Positions 63,501-64,000 of a stretch of 64,000 nucleotides of DNA are shown here, in pieces. Numbering within the stretch: position 1 is the stretch's first letter; each line of letters opens with the position of its first letter. The notes under the pieces were generated by a model. The model ran no database searches. It saw only the letters and a program-made list of their open reading frames with translations, and was not told where the DNA came from. The translations under genes were made by a program, and so were the position numbers. The stretch is from Eledone cirrhosa (lineage: Eukaryota), in contig OZ024741.1 of the NCBI GenBank assembly GCA_964016885.1, forward strand, positions 130,696,001 to 130,760,000, given 5' to 3'.

Positions 63501-64000
63501 GTTATTGCCGTTGTTGTCGTTGTCATTATTGTTGTTGTTGCTGTTGTCGTTGTTAGTGTTGTTATTGCCGTTGTTGTCGTTGTCATTATTGTTGTTGTTG
63601 TTGCTGTCGTCGTTGTTAATGTTGTTATTGCCGTTGTTGTCGTTGTCACTATTGTTGTTGTTGCTGTCGTCATTGTTATTGTTGTTATTGCCGTTGTTGT
63701 CGTTGTCATTATTGTTGTTTTTGTTGCTGTCGTCATTGTTATTATTATTATTCCCGTTGTTGTCGTTGTCATTATTGTTGTTGCTGCTGTCGTCGTTGTT
63801 TTTGTCGTTATTGCCGTTGTTGTCGTTGTCATTATTGTTGTTTTTGCTGTCCTCGTTGTTATCGTTGTTATTGCCGTTGTTGTCGTTGTCATCATTGTTG
63901 TTGTTGCTGTAGTCGTTGTTATTGTTGTTATTGCCGTTGTTGTCGTTGTCATTATTTTTGTTGTTGCTGTCGTCATTGTTATTGTTGTTATTGCCGTTGT
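51600..64000. repeat. Interleaved multi-kb duplications at offsets ~3.3-3.7, ~4.4-4.8 and ~2.56-2.73 kb
   Basis: 52265/55992 and 52360/56087 (3727); 53773/58549 (4776); +1 lesion gttgtttgtc at ~55086/59532/62134; 60906/63463 and 61355/63912 (2557); 60140/62871 (2731). Confidence 0.82.
52500..52910. repeat. 204-bp tandem duplication
   Basis: gtcgtaatt stops at 52651/52855; gccggt and gctctc occur in both copies. Confidence 0.85.

Larger units (their letters stand above)
1..64000. repeat. Satellite array of a ~60-bp monomer (20 RYY triplets) derived from a (GTT/AAC)n microsatellite; head-to-tail, one orientation, open at both window ends
   Basis: Consecutive 60-nt lines are near-identical in many places (e.g. 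961-1260, 8821-9240, 18181-18780, 61561-62100). The landmark attgccgttg recurs about every 60 bp. Length variants are mostly multiples of 3 (30, 33, 36, 54, 57, 63, 66). Confidence 0.99.

Noticed and set aside
3-63912. + strand poly-Leu/Ser, poly-Val/Ile and Cys-rich ORFs up to 2360 aa
   Set aside because: These are the three readings of the same repeat. Starts are arbitrary alternative codons, there are no unique domains, translations switch frame at 1-bp indels, and the Leu and Cys frames accumulate stops as expected for neutral DNA.
7229-63976. Minus-strand Thr-rich and Asn/Asp-rich ORFs as CDS calls (mucin, adhesin, antifreeze-like)
   Set aside because: There is no signal peptide, anchor or unique terminus in the window. 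The ATGs are part of the monomer, the ORFs end at frameshifts, and frameshifts and a TAA are duplicated. Kept only as a hypothesis in findings.
1-64000. CRISPR array
   Set aside because: The ~60-bp period resembles repeat plus spacer, but there are no unique spacers, no palindromic repeat, no leader and no cas genes.
1-64000. Telomerase-type telomeric repeat
   Set aside because: The strand is T/G-rich, but the unit is 60 bp, lacks G-runs, and its variants are inherited in kb-scale blocks rather than templated. A subtelomeric location cannot be judged from this window.
1-64000. Bacterial Ser-Asp or serine-rich repeat adhesin, or ice-nucleation protein repeats
   Set aside because: No frame yields SD dipeptides, SAS/SES-type repeats or the AGYGST octapeptide.
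1-64000. Whole array as a simulated or purely artefactual sequence
   Set aside because: Nested duplications with shared rare variants, triplet-sized indels and zoned subfamilies fit real satellite evolution. Local copy numbers could still be misassembled.

Overview
The whole 64 kb window is one uninterrupted, single-orientation tandem array that runs off both edges. It holds roughly 1,050-1,100 copies of a ~60-bp monomer built on a (GTT)n backbone. The + strand consensus is gcc gtt gtt gtc gtt gtc att att gtt gtt gtt gct gtc gtc (g/a)tt gtt att gtt gtt att (33 T, 16 G, 7 C, 4 A; every triplet is R-Y-Y). I find no supportable gene, RNA gene, mobile element or CRISPR array. The long ORFs in the track arise because five of six frames of the monomer lack stop codons. 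The informative structure is internal: nested higher-order duplications from 87 bp to ~4.8 kb traced by diagnostic variants, zoned monomer subfamilies, 1-bp frameshifts inherited between duplicated blocks, and one degraded ~1.2 kb zone (14950-16170) containing the only non-satellite DNA, a 29-bp GC-rich hairpin-forming island (15606-15634). The best reading is a microsatellite-derived satellite array, probably eukaryotic heterochromatin (inference; the organism cannot be determined). A giant Asn/Asp- or Thr-rich repeat gene on the minus strand is not excluded but is argued against. Offsets were read by eye from marker variants and ORF-track stop positions, so block boundaries are approximate.
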